From NCBI GenBank assembly GCA_043822685.1, contig JBDRBL010000003.1, positions 4,659 through 68,658 of the forward strand: 64,000 bases of DNA, read 5' to 3'. The DNA is from Candidatus Shapirobacteria bacterium. GTDB lineage: Bacteria; Patescibacteriota; Microgenomatia; PFEM01; JBDRBL01. The notes below the pieces were generated by a model, which saw only the letters and a list, made by a program, of their open reading frames with translations, was not told the origin of the DNA and searched no databases. Positions 1-9,198 of the stretch are shown here, in pieces. The first letter of the stretch is position 1. Every line of letters starts with the position of its first letter. Both the position numbers and the translations under genes were made by a program.

Positions 1-91
1 GAGAGATTTTTTCCGCCAAGCGAACCAGTTTTTGCGTCGAGAACAAGAGGATGGCAAGGCCGAGGCAAAACTTGAGGATAATTTCAGACAT
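1..91 (-). CDS. N-terminus of a probable Ca2+/Na+ antiporter (runs off the window edge)
   Basis: Manual translation MSEIILKFCLGLAILLFSTQKLVRLAEKIS resembles the first helix of YrbG-type exchangers. Confidence 0.5.
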   Translation of the reverse strand, partial: MSEIILKFCLGLAILLFSTQKLVRLAEKIS

Positions 92-95
92 GTCG

Positions 96-437
96 CTATG
101 AGACGGTTTTCTTTTTGGGAGTTTTTGTTTCTTTGACTTCCGTTTTTGGTTTTGTCAAGATATCCAAAATCTTATCCAGTTTGTGGTTGATTGACTCCAG
201 TTGTTCGTTGTTTTGGGGGCGAGGGTTGTCCCGGCCACCGCTTTTTTCAAAACATTGACTGCAATAAACCGGCTTGTCGCCGGTGGGTCGAAAAGGTACT
301 TCGCAATCTTTGCCGCAGGTACTGCAAACGGCTTGATGCATCTCTCTTGGCCCGCGATCGCTAAAACTCCGTCGGCCAAAATCCCTCTGGCCGAAACTCC
401 TTCCTCCCGATCGATCATCCCGCCTAAAGTTACCCAT
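96..437 (-). CDS. CxxC-x17-CxxC zinc-ribbon protein
   Basis: CSTC...EVPFRP...PVYCSQCF with an RG-rich N-terminus. Confidence 0.85.
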   Translation of the reverse strand: MGNFRRDDRSGGRSFGQRDFGRRSFSDRGPREMHQAVCSTCGKDCEVPFRPTGDKPVYCSQCFEKSGGRDNPRPQNNEQLESINHKLDKILDILTKPKTEVKETKTPKKKTVS

Positions 438-563
438 ATATTTATATCATAACACACTTTTGGACGAATAACGAGTAGCAGTTTGCTTTTGTATTCGTAT
501 CATTGGAAGAGAAGTTTTCATATTGCTCTATGATTATTTCTCTTGATTTGCTATAGTTGGCTG

Positions 564-1193
564 GTGGAAATTGTGGCGGGCATAATCAATTTTATCTTGC
601 ACATTGATACTCACTTGGGGGAGATTATTGCCCAATATGGCACGCTCTCTTATTTGATTTTATTTGTGATTATCTTTGCTGAGACGGGTTTTGTTTTTAC
701 CCCTTTTTTGCCGGGCGATTCACTTCTTTTTGCCGCCGGAGCATTTGCGGCGATTGGCTCTTTTAATTTGCCGGTCGTACTCTTGGTTCTTTGGTTGGCG
801 GCTTTTTTGGGTGACACGGCCAATTATTGGATCGGGCATTTTTTTGGTCAGAAATTAATCAACCACCCCAAAGTACCCATTAATCAGGAACATGTTGATA
901 GAACCCAGGCTTTTTATCAAAAACATGGCGGCAAGACGATTTTTTTAGCTCGCTTTATCCCGATTATCCGTACCTTTGCCCCTTTTGTGGCCGGTATTGG
1001 CCGGATGCAGTATCGAAAGTTTGTTTATTTCAATGCTACCGGTGGCTTGGTTTGGGTTTTTGGCTTTACGCTTTTGGGTTATTTTTTTGGCAACATTCCC
1101 GTGGTTAAAGAAAATTTTTCGTTGGCGATCATGGCCATTATTGTTATTTCTATTTTGCCGTTTTTTATTCAACTGATTAAAACTAAAAAATGA
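564..1193 (+). CDS. dedA: DedA family membrane protein
   Basis: FAETG, LPGDSLLF, ARFIPIIRTFAPFVAG; GTG start inferred 6 nt after TATAGT. Confidence 0.92.
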   Translation: MEIVAGIINFILHIDTHLGEIIAQYGTLSYLILFVIIFAETGFVFTPFLPGDSLLFAAGAFAAIGSFNLPVVLLVLWLAAFLGDTANYWIGHFFGQKLINHPKVPINQEHVDRTQAFYQKHGGKTIFLARFIPIIRTFAPFVAGIGRMQYRKFVYFNATGGLVWVFGFTLLGYFFGNIPVVKENFSLAIMAIIVISILPFFIQLIKTKK

Positions 1194-1936
1194 CCGTTTT
1201 ACTTTATATTGTGGTAGCTAACTTGGTGGTTAGTCTTGGTTCGTTGGTGGGAATTTTAACTTTGGGAATAAAACCAAAACAACTTGATCGGATTTTGCTT
1301 TTTTTAGTTTCTCTTTCGGCGGGAAGTTTGATGGGCGGGGCATTTTTACATCTTTTGCCCGAAGCCTCGGAGAAGCTGTCTCCGACTCAAGTTTATACTA
1401 CGGTTTTAGTCTCTTTCCTGCTTTTTTTTCTCATTGAGAGGTTGCTGCATTGGCGGCATTGCCACAAAGGACATTGTGATATTCACGCTTTTGGTTATCT
1501 GAATTTGTTTGGCGATGGTATACACAACTTTCTTGACGGACTGGTGATTGCCGCTGCTTTTCTCACCGATTTTCGTTTGGGGGTTACAACAACTATCGCT
1601 GTTTCTTTACACGAAATACCGCAGGAAATTGGTGATTTTGGGGTACTTTTATACTCTGGTTTTAGTCGGCAAAAAGCTCTGGCTGCTAATTTTTTGATTG
1701 CTTTAACGGCGGTGATTGGGGGAGTAGCCGGCTATTATTTTTCTTTTTCGCTGGCGGATTATTTGCCCTATTTACTTCCTTTTGCCGCCGGTGGTTTTTT
1801 GTACATTGCCGCCTCGGATTTAATGCCCGAAATTCGCAAAGAGGAGAGCCTGAAAAAGTCTTTTTTCCTTTTTGCGACCTTTGTTTTAGGCATTTTGATA
1901 ATTTTAGCGGCAAAATTCTTTCTGCCCGAGTCATGA
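1190..1936 (+). CDS. ZIP family metal transporter
   Basis: HNFLDG, HEIPQEIGDF, His-rich loop HWRHCH. Confidence 0.92.
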   Translation: MTVLLYIVVANLVVSLGSLVGILTLGIKPKQLDRILLFLVSLSAGSLMGGAFLHLLPEASEKLSPTQVYTTVLVSFLLFFLIERLLHWRHCHKGHCDIHAFGYLNLFGDGIHNFLDGLVIAAAFLTDFRLGVTTTIAVSLHEIPQEIGDFGVLLYSGFSRQKALAANFLIALTAVIGGVAGYYFSFSLADYLPYLLPFAAGGFLYIAASDLMPEIRKEESLKKSFFLFATFVLGILIILAAKFFLPES

Positions 1937-1957
1937 TCTTTTTTGAGTCGTTAAGTA

Positions 1958-1986
1958 TTGACAAGTTGCCTAACTTGTGTTAAGTT
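1958..1986 (+). promoter_or_regulatory. sigma70 promoter with overlapping inverted repeat (probable TA operator)
   Basis: TTGACA-17-TAAGTT; ACAAGTT-gcct-AACTTGT at 1961-1978. Confidence 0.6.
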
Positions 1987-1992
1987 ACTGAT

Positions 1993-2271
1993 ATGAACTT
2001 AACTAACTTTCTTTCTACTCCCCAGTTGGCCAAATTATTGGGTATCAGCCGCGTGGCTGTTTATCAAAAGATCAAAGCCGGTCAAATTCCCGCTGTTAAG
2101 ATTGGTCGTAATTTTGTGATTGCCAAAAGCGAACTTGGTAGTTTGACGGGGGACAGTTTGACCGACAAAGAGGATCGATTGATTCGCCAAGCCGTTAAAA
2201 AAACCATTGCCGATTATGGCGAAACCCTCAAGTTACTAGCCGCCTATGACCAAAGCCATCCGTCTGATTGA
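1993..2271 (+). CDS. excisionase-like HTH protein, probable antitoxin
   Basis: LSTPQLAKLLGISRVAVYQKIKAGQIPAVKIGR; overlaps a Doc gene. Confidence 0.75.
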   Translation: MNLTNFLSTPQLAKLLGISRVAVYQKIKAGQIPAVKIGRNFVIAKSELGSLTGDSLTDKEDRLIRQAVKKTIADYGETLKLLAAYDQSHPSD

Positions 2272-2665
2272 GGTTAAACGAATCACTTTTTATTTAGCTC
2301 GGGAATTCCTGAGTTTTAATGAAGCTATTCCAGATTTTGACACCCGTTTTTCTGATGTTTTGGAGAGTTGTTTGGCGGTTCCTTTCCAACGCTTCGCCCG
2401 TCATTCACTTTATCCTGACCTAGTCAGTCAAGCCGCCATGCTTTTTTACCTTTTAGTTAAAAATCATCCCTTTCAAAACGGTAATAAAAGAATTGCAATG
2501 ACGACTTTGTTGTATTTTTTGTTTAAAAACCAAAAATGGCTTGAAATTGACGCGAAAAGACTTTACAATTTTGCTGTTTGGGTGGCCGAAAGCCCGGCCG
2601 AACTCAAAGACGACACTCTCTCCGCCGCCAGAAAATTTATCAAAAGATATTTAGTTGAATTGTAA
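2246..2665 (+). CDS. Doc-type Fic toxin
   Basis: HPFQNGNKR Doc motif. Confidence 0.85.
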   Translation: MTKAIRLIEVKRITFYLAREFLSFNEAIPDFDTRFSDVLESCLAVPFQRFARHSLYPDLVSQAAMLFYLLVKNHPFQNGNKRIAMTTLLYFLFKNQKWLEIDAKRLYNFAVWVAESPAELKDDTLSAARKFIKRYLVEL

Positions 2666-2666
2666 C

Positions 2667-3047
2667 TTACTTCACCTCAAACCATTCGATTGGCGTGCGG
2701 TCGTCGGGTTCGCCGTTGTAATTGACGGTAATTTCCTCACCTTTTTTAATATTTTTAATGGCGCGATAGACCATGGTCACGGTGCGAAAGTTTTGTTTCC
2801 AGTCGGCGTTGGGCTCAAAGGAATGATTGTAAATGGAGCCGTAGCCTAGAACCATACAAGCGCCGCGAGTGGAACGCCAGGGATAAATGTACTGATCTAA
2901 AACTGTGTTTTCGCAGCGTTTCCGTTCCTTTGGGGTCAGAGGGATGATAGGGCAAACCTCGACGATTTCTCTCTTTTTAAAATTCTTTAAAGCGATTATT
3001 CCCCGGCCCTTGTTTTTAAAATTTTTGAGCTTAACATCTTTGATCAT
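2667..3047 (-). CDS. SET-domain methyltransferase
   Basis: KGRGIIA, YNHSFEPNA, GEEITVNY; real start MIKDVK at 3047. Confidence 0.9.
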   Translation of the reverse strand: MIKDVKLKNFKNKGRGIIALKNFKKREIVEVCPIIPLTPKERKRCENTVLDQYIYPWRSTRGACMVLGYGSIYNHSFEPNADWKQNFRTVTMVYRAIKNIKKGEEITVNYNGEPDDRTPIEWFEVK

Positions 3048-3092
3048 GGGTTGAGTATAGCAAAAAACTCTCCTTTTTGGTAAGATAATTTT

Positions 3093-4151
3093 ATGGCTGA
3101 ATCGACGACCACCGGTGAAACAAAGCTGCCCAAAATTGTCCTGCAGATTGACAGAGACGCTCTTAAAAGACTTAATTTCGTGACGGTAGCTTACTCTCAT
3201 GTTGAACCGGAGATGTTTCCCACCAAAGATGCTTACGAAGCGGAGGTGGAGGTGGAGGAGCGGGCTAAAGAAGTGGCAGAAGCGGTTAAAAAACTGGGAA
3301 TTGAGTGTAAAACTTCTCCCGGTAATCAATACTTTTTGACCAACTTGCTGGTGGACAAGCCCGATCTGGTCGTTAATTTGGTTGATACTCTCAAGGGAAA
3401 AGATAGTCTGCAAACTTCAGTACCGGCGGCTTTGGAGCTATCCAACATTCCTTATACCGGAGCAGGCATGGAAGGCATGGTCATTGGTAATAATCGCAAT
3501 ATTACTAAAAGAATGTTGGTGGCCTACGATATTCCCACTCCCGCCTTTCAATTTATTCGTCGGGTGGGAACCAAAGTAGACGAGACTCTGGGTTTGCCCC
3601 TGATTGTCAAACTTAACGAGGGTGGTGGCAGCGTTGGTGTCGACAACAAGGCCGTTAAAGAGACCTTTCGTGAAGCCCAGCAAAAAGTTGACAAAATGAT
3701 TTCCCGCTATAAGTTGCCGGTGATCATGGAACAGTTTGTGGATGGGCCGGAAATTACGGCCTGTGTTTTTGATGACGGCAGTAAGAAACATGTTTTTATG
3801 GGCCAAAAGATTTTTCGTAAAAAACCCGATGGCAAGCATTTTTTTACCAGTCTTGAATCTTATGATGACGCGCGGGCCTATCGTTATGTTTATGTGGCTG
3901 AACCGTTGAGAAGCAAAATTGCCAAACTAACTATTAGGGCTTTTCGCGGTCTTCACCACGAGGATTATGCCAAATTTGATATTCGTTACGACGAACATAC
4001 CAATACGCCTTATTTTACCGACTCCAACCCCAATACCGCTTTTGGTCCCGATCTTGGCCTGCCTTTCACCGAAGTGGCGGCGATGCACAACATCAGCTTT
4101 GATGATTTGATTGCCAGCCTGCTTTCCAAATATGGTAAAGAAATCCGCTAA
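3093..4151 (+). CDS. D-Ala-D-Ala-ligase-like ATP-grasp protein
   Basis: IPYTG, PLIVK..EGGGSVG, EQFVDGPE, AKFDIR, DSNPN. Confidence 0.82.
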   Translation: MAESTTTGETKLPKIVLQIDRDALKRLNFVTVAYSHVEPEMFPTKDAYEAEVEVEERAKEVAEAVKKLGIECKTSPGNQYFLTNLLVDKPDLVVNLVDTLKGKDSLQTSVPAALELSNIPYTGAGMEGMVIGNNRNITKRMLVAYDIPTPAFQFIRRVGTKVDETLGLPLIVKLNEGGGSVGVDNKAVKETFREAQQKVDKMISRYKLPVIMEQFVDGPEITACVFDDGSKKHVFMGQKIFRKKPDGKHFFTSLESYDDARAYRYVYVAEPLRSKIAKLTIRAFRGLHHEDYAKFDIRYDEHTNTPYFTDSNPNTAFGPDLGLPFTEVAAMHNISFDDLIASLLSKYGKEIR

Positions 4152-4749
4152 TTTTTATTTTCCCGACCTGCCCCGGGTAGTTCAAAAGAACAATGTCTAT
4201 TGCGGCCCGGCTTGCCTGGAGATGCTTACCGGTTTTCAGAATGTTCATCTTGATCAGGAGGATTTTGTTCAGGCCCTTGGTTTAGAGAAAAAAATTTACC
4301 AACGGGGTCTGTTTGTGGAGGAAATGGCACTGACGATAAACAAATTATTGCCCGAGTTGTGCTTTTGGTTTAAGGAGTGCGCCACAATTAAGGAATTGTC
4401 GCAATTGGTTAATGTTTTTAAACATCCGGTCGGGGTGGAGTGGCAGGGAGTTTTTCGCTACGCGACCCGGCAGGAGGCAGAAGACGATGATCCGGGTCAC
4501 TACAGCTTGATAACGGCCTTAGAGACGAAAAAGAACTTGATTATGATGGCCGATCCCTACAAGGATTATGCCGGCAAAGATCGAAAATTTACGGTTTTGG
4601 AGTTTGAACGGCGGTGGTGGGATATCAACAAAGTGGTTGATTCAAAAAGAGGAAAAACCAAAGAAGTTTATGACTATCGCGTTATGTTTATTGTCACGCC
4701 GCAAAAAGCGACTTTTCCCTTGCGTTTGGAAATGACCAAGATTAGTTAG
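4132..4749 (+). CDS. C39-like papain-fold cysteine peptidase
   Basis: Q..VYCGPACL, GHYSL, MADPY (Cys-His-Asp triad). Confidence 0.78.
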   Translation: MVKKSANFYFPDLPRVVQKNNVYCGPACLEMLTGFQNVHLDQEDFVQALGLEKKIYQRGLFVEEMALTINKLLPELCFWFKECATIKELSQLVNVFKHPVGVEWQGVFRYATRQEAEDDDPGHYSLITALETKKNLIMMADPYKDYAGKDRKFTVLEFERRWWDINKVVDSKRGKTKEVYDYRVMFIVTPQKATFPLRLEMTKIS

Positions 4750-5038
4750 TACAGTTGCAATTGCGGTCGAAGGGGCAGGCGGCTTGGTAGCAGCGAAGCA
4801 ATTTGCCGCAACTGCTTCCCGGCGGGCACCAGTTTTTGCCGCAGATCAGTCCTTCACATTCGGTATCCTCGCCGCAGGGCCGATAACACTTCGTGTCCGC
4901 CGCCGCCGCCCTTTTTTGGTACAACTGCTTTTTGCTTATTTGCTGAAAAGATAAAGCCAGCGCCAAAATTAAAAATATTAAAAAAAACAAGGAACGTACG
5001 GTTGGTTGCCTTAAATTTCGCTTAAACTCCTCCCACAT
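4742..5038 (-). CDS. membrane-anchored Cys-rich small protein
   Basis: One TM helix, then 10 Cys in the last ~50 aa. Confidence 0.7.
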   Translation of the reverse strand: MWEEFKRNLRQPTVRSLFFLIFLILALALSFQQISKKQLYQKRAAAADTKCYRPCGEDTECEGLICGKNWCPPGSSCGKLLRCYQAACPFDRNCNCTN

Positions 5039-5106
5039 ACTTCTAATCTAACACATTTTTTCCTTCTTGACAAATTTATCAATCTAATACTATACTTGTC
5101 ATAGTT

Positions 5107-5490
5107 ATGTTGAGTTTTACCAAGAAGGTTGATTACGGTTTGGAACTAATGCTTGCCTTGGCGAGAAGCGATGGTCAGCCCCTCTCTTTGCGTCAAGTTT
5201 CTCGTCAAAGTCGCCTGCCTTATGCTTTTTTAACTCAAGTGGCGGTTGAATTGCGCCGCGCTGGTTTGATTGAAGCCAAAGAAGGGGCAACTGGGGGTTA
5301 TTTTTTGGCCTGTCCGCCCGAAAAGATCAATTTGGCCGAGATTGTGGCTGCGCTCAATGGAGATAGCGCCGAAAACTGCGAGGTTTGCGAGCGAGAAGGG
5401 ATTTGCCGGCCGCGGCAAATTTGGGCAGAGATCGAAGATGAATTGGCACAAAAGTTTAAAAACCGAACTTTAAAAGATTTAATTAAATGA
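5107..5490 (+). CDS. Rrf2 (IscR-like) regulator
   Basis: DYGL, G..GGYFLA, three Cys CEVC....IC; upstream of iscSU. Confidence 0.9.
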   Translation: MLSFTKKVDYGLELMLALARSDGQPLSLRQVSRQSRLPYAFLTQVAVELRRAGLIEAKEGATGGYFLACPPEKINLAEIVAALNGDSAENCEVCEREGICRPRQIWAEIEDELAQKFKNRTLKDLIK

Positions 5491-6641
5491 AAAAAACGAT
5501 CTATTTAGATAACGCGGCCACTACACCGGTAACCGAGGAGGTAGTTAAGGCGATGTTGCCTTATTTTACTGCCCAATACGGCAACGCTTCCGAGTTTCAT
5601 TATTGGGGTCAGCAGGCGCGCGCGGCGATTGAAACCAGTCGAGCAACTTTGGCTGATTTTTTAGGCGCCAAGCCGGAAGAAATTATCTTTACTTCCGGGG
5701 CCACCGAATCAATTAACTTAGCTCACAAAGGGTTGATAGAGGGTTTAAAGGTTCAAAAGTTCAAAAATTCTCCGCATATCATCACTTCGCAAATTGAGCA
5801 CAAGGCGGTGCTGGAGACTTGTAAACATTTGGAGAAGCTTGGTTGGGCGACAGTCACTTATCTCCCTGTTGATCAATATGGCCTGATCAATCTTAGTGAT
5901 TTAGAAAAAGCGATCAAACCAGAAACAGTTTTGGCGAGCATTATGTATGTTAATAACGAAGTCGGGACGATTGAGCCGTTGATCGAAATCGGTCAATTGT
6001 TGAAAAAAATGGATCATAAAATTTATTTTCACACCGACGCCACCCAAGCGATTCAATGTTTGGATTGCAATATCGACAGATTGGGCGTTGATCTTTTGTC
6101 TTTAACTGGCCATAAATTTGGCGCGCCTAAAGGAGTAGGAGCCTTGTATGTTCGCCGAGGTACACCTCTGGTCCGTCAACAGGATGGCGGCAGTCAGGAA
6201 TCAGGATTGCGTGCGGGTACGGAGAACGTGCCGTATATCGTTGCCTTAGGAAAAGCAACGGATTTAATTAGTAAATTACGAATTTTAAGAGATGAATTGA
6301 TTAGTGGTGTTTTAAAAATTTCGGGGGTTAAATTGACCGGTCATCCGGTTAAGCGAGCACCGCATGTTGCTTCTTTTGTTGTTGATGGGGTGGAAGGTGA
6401 AGCAATTTTATTGCATTTATCCGATGCGGGCGTGGCGGCTTCAACCGGCTCCGCCTGTAATAGTAGTAATTTGGAGGCCTCGCATGTTTTGAAAGCGATG
6501 GGGCTGTCGGAGGAGACCTCTCACGGTTCCTTGCGTTTGTCCTTAGGACCGCAAACGACCAAAAAGGAAATTGATTATGTTTTAGAGATTTTACCTAAAA
6601 TTATTAGTGATTTAAGGAGGATGGCGCCCAAAAATGTTTAA
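5487..6641 (+). CDS. iscS: cysteine desulfurase
   Basis: YLDNAATT, TGHKFGAPKG, STGSAC. Confidence 0.95.
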   Translation: MKKTIYLDNAATTPVTEEVVKAMLPYFTAQYGNASEFHYWGQQARAAIETSRATLADFLGAKPEEIIFTSGATESINLAHKGLIEGLKVQKFKNSPHIITSQIEHKAVLETCKHLEKLGWATVTYLPVDQYGLINLSDLEKAIKPETVLASIMYVNNEVGTIEPLIEIGQLLKKMDHKIYFHTDATQAIQCLDCNIDRLGVDLLSLTGHKFGAPKGVGALYVRRGTPLVRQQDGGSQESGLRAGTENVPYIVALGKATDLISKLRILRDELISGVLKISGVKLTGHPVKRAPHVASFVVDGVEGEAILLHLSDAGVAASTGSACNSSNLEASHVLKAMGLSEETSHGSLRLSLGPQTTKKEIDYVLEILPKIISDLRRMAPKNV

Positions 6642-7032
6642 ACAATTATATTCCGAAAAAGTTTTACAACATGTTCGGCACCCCCAAAATATGGGCGAGA
6701 TTAAAAATCCCGATGGCGTGGCCACGGTGGGCAACAAACAGTGCGGGGACATTATGAGAATGTTTATCAAGGTTAAAAATAAAGACGGAGTTGAGTATCT
6801 CGATAGCGTCAAATTTCAAACTTTGGGATGCGGCGCCGCGATTGCTACCTCTTCCATTGCCACGACGATGATTAAAGGGAAGCCCTTGGTCGAGGCAGAA
6901 AAATTGACCAATCAGGCAATTGTCGATAATTTGGGCGGTTTGCCCGCGGCCAAACTCCACTGTTCTGTTTTGGCCGCGCAAGCCCTCCAAAAGGCAATCC
7001 AGAACTATCGGGAAAAGAACGTAAGGGCTTAA
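6634..7032 (+). CDS. iscU: Fe-S scaffold IscU/NifU
   Basis: CGD, GCGAAIA, LPAAKLHCS. Confidence 0.95.
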   Translation: MFKQLYSEKVLQHVRHPQNMGEIKNPDGVATVGNKQCGDIMRMFIKVKNKDGVEYLDSVKFQTLGCGAAIATSSIATTMIKGKPLVEAEKLTNQAIVDNLGGLPAAKLHCSVLAAQALQKAIQNYREKNVRA

Positions 7033-7037
7033 AGAAA

Positions 7038-7065
7038 GTAGGGGCGCAATTTATCACGCCCCTAC
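7038..7065. repeat. GTAG-type REP palindrome
   Basis: GTAGGGGCG-caatttatca-CGCCCCTAC; related copy at 44904-44928. Confidence 0.75.
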
Positions 7066-7087
7066 AACAGGAGAGGAAATAACCCTC

Positions 7088-7162
7088 GAGACTGAGTTAG
7101 CAAAAATTCGCGAATACATCTATACTAATCCCTGGAACTGGGAAAAAGATGAATATTTTTAG
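7088..7162 (+). pseudogene. C-terminal remnant of a REP-associated tyrosine transposase (RAYT)
   Basis: ETELAKIREYIYTNPWNWEKDEYF* matches the Y1-transposase IxxYIxxNPxxW tail; in frame with the REP. Confidence 0.65.
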
Positions 7163-7165
7163 CAC

Positions 7166-7693
7166 ATGATCTTTGTTAATTTTAAAGATTATCCAAACGG
7201 CAAAAGAGAGAAGGGTCAACAATTGGTTGAAATTTGCCGTCAGGTGCAAAAGCAAAGCGGCGTGCCGATTTATCCGGTTATTGATGGTCGCTTTGAAGGT
7301 GGAGTACTTCTCAATCATTCCAGCCGACCAATGACTTTAATTCAGGTAAAAAATTTTTTGACTCAATTTTCGGCTTTGAAAACTTTAGTGTGTTGTTCTA
7401 CAATAGAAGAGGGGAAAAGTTTAGCGGCGCTTAAGCCCTGTTATTTGGCCTATGAAGTGCCGGAGTTGGTTGGCGGTCGAGTGGCGGTTTCGATGGCTCA
7501 ACCAAGGGCAATTCGCGATCTGGTCGAGTCGGTTCGGCCTCTGCCGGTTTTGGCCGGAGCCGGAGTTCATCAAAAAGAAGATGTAATTCGGGCGGTGCAA
7601 ACGGGGGCGGTGGGAGTGTTAGTTTCAGCCGCAGTGATGACCGCGCTTGAACCAGAGAAAGTTTTAAAAGACTTAGCAGAGGGTTTTAAATGA
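7166..7693 (+). CDS. tpiA: archaeal-type triosephosphate isomerase (short, 175 aa)
   Basis: VNFK, LLNHS, AYEVPELVG, GAGV, GVLVSAAV; glycolytic context. Confidence 0.8.
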   Translation: MIFVNFKDYPNGKREKGQQLVEICRQVQKQSGVPIYPVIDGRFEGGVLLNHSSRPMTLIQVKNFLTQFSALKTLVCCSTIEEGKSLAALKPCYLAYEVPELVGGRVAVSMAQPRAIRDLVESVRPLPVLAGAGVHQKEDVIRAVQTGAVGVLVSAAVMTALEPEKVLKDLAEGFK

Positions 7694-8271
7694 AAAAACT
7701 AAAGATTTGCGTTTCCGGCTCGGCGGGCGGGTACACTCAAGAGGCGGCTTCGATTGCCAAAGTGGTGGGGGCGGAGATTGCCCGTCGGGGGCATGCGATT
7801 GTTACCGGCGCAACTCACGGTATTCCCCATTTGGCGGCGGCGGCGGCTAAAAAAGCCGGTGGGGTGAGTATCGGCATTTCGCCGGCGGCTTCAGAGGCGG
7901 AGCATGTTGGCAAGTATCTTTTGCCCGGGGACAAGATTTTTGATTACGTTATTTATACTAAAGCCGGCTACACCGGTCGTAATTTATTGATGGTCAGAAG
8001 CTGTGATGCCACGATTGTGATTAACGGGCGAATGGGAACATTAAACGAATTTACCTGTGCTTTTGAAGAAAACGAAATTGTTTGTGTAATGAAAAATACC
8101 GGCGGTATTGCCGCTATTGTTCGCACGATTTTGCGGGTAGCCAACAAAGGCACGCGTAAAGTTTTTTATGAGACCGATCCGATCAAAGCAGTGGAAGAGG
8201 TGATTCGTCGTGTTAATCAGGAGAAAAAAAACGAAAAGAAGTTTCATTTGGAGTTTGAGGATATCGGCTGA
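7690..8271 (+). CDS. LOG/SLOG family protein
   Basis: IVTGA, GRNLLMVR, GRMGTLNE. Confidence 0.82.
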   Translation: MKKLKICVSGSAGGYTQEAASIAKVVGAEIARRGHAIVTGATHGIPHLAAAAAKKAGGVSIGISPAASEAEHVGKYLLPGDKIFDYVIYTKAGYTGRNLLMVRSCDATIVINGRMGTLNEFTCAFEENEIVCVMKNTGGIAAIVRTILRVANKGTRKVFYETDPIKAVEEVIRRVNQEKKNEKKFHLEFEDIG

Positions 8272-9198
8272 ATGAAGTTACCGAGCATTAAAGATTTGGC
8301 GATCAAAAATAAGCGAGTTTTGCTCCGGGTCAATTATGATTTGCCTTCTTTAAGTGATACTTCTCGAGTTGATGAGTCTTTGCCCACGATTAAATATCTT
8401 TTGAGACAAAATGCAAAAATTACTTTGATTTCTCATTCGAAGTCTAGCCTAAAACCGGTTGCCGCCTATTTATCTAAACTTCTTCCCGGAGTGAAAGATT
8501 GTTATTTGCGGGAAAATCTGCGTTTTGACCCGCGCGAGGAGGCCAATGATCCTAGTTTTGCTAAAGAAATAGCTTGTGACAAAGATTTTTTTATCAATGA
8601 TGCCTTTGCGGTTTCCCACCGGAAGCATGCCTCCATTGTGGGTTTACCGAAAATTTTACCCACAGCCTTTGGTTTTGATTTTTTGGAGGAGATTGAAAAT
8701 TTATCTAAAATTTTAGAGAATCCAGCTCGACCAAATGTTTTAATTATCGGTGGAGCAAAAGAAGATAAATTGGCGGATTTAACTAAATTGGCGGCAAAAT
8801 TCGATCAAGTTTTAATTGGCGGCCGGTTGCCAGTCCTTGTTAGCAATCAACTATCAATCATGAATAATCTTGTCATTGCTAAACTAAATTCAAGGGGAAA
8901 AGATATCTCAAGAGACTCAATCGAGCAGTTTAAAAAAATTATTGTTGGAGCACGAACGGTTGTTTTATCCGGACCGATGGGTTGCTATGAAGAAGAAGGT
9001 TCGGAAACAGGGACGAAAGCGGTTTTTGAGACAATTGCTCGAGGCCCTGCTTTTAGTGTGGCTGGCGGCGGAGATACAGAAATGGCGTTGGTAAAATTTG
9101 CTCTCAAGGACAAAATCGGTTATATTTCTTCTGGAGGGGGAGCAATGTTAGCTTTTTTAGCTAACGGCACTTTGCCGGGAATTGAGGCGGTTTTATGA
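8272..9198 (+). CDS. pgk: phosphoglycerate kinase (shortened)
   Basis: ENLRF, NDAFAVSHR, GGGDT, ISSGGGA. Confidence 0.9.
   Translation: MKLPSIKDLAIKNKRVLLRVNYDLPSLSDTSRVDESLPTIKYLLRQNAKITLISHSKSSLKPVAAYLSKLLPGVKDCYLRENLRFDPREEANDPSFAKEIACDKDFFINDAFAVSHRKHASIVGLPKILPTAFGFDFLEEIENLSKILENPARPNVLIIGGAKEDKLADLTKLAAKFDQVLIGGRLPVLVSNQLSIMNNLVIAKLNSRGKDISRDSIEQFKKIIVGARTVVLSGPMGCYEEEGSETGTKAVFETIARGPAFSVAGGGDTEMALVKFALKDKIGYISSGGGAMLAFLANGTLPGIEAVL

Noticed and set aside
493-504. Partial match to the 26-bp palindrome (ATTCGTATCATT)
   Set aside because: Only the core matches and the arms are absent, so it could be chance
3048-3413. N-terminal extension of the SET ORF
   Set aside because: It is the antisense shadow of the ATP-grasp gene; a -10 box lies just before the ATG at 3047
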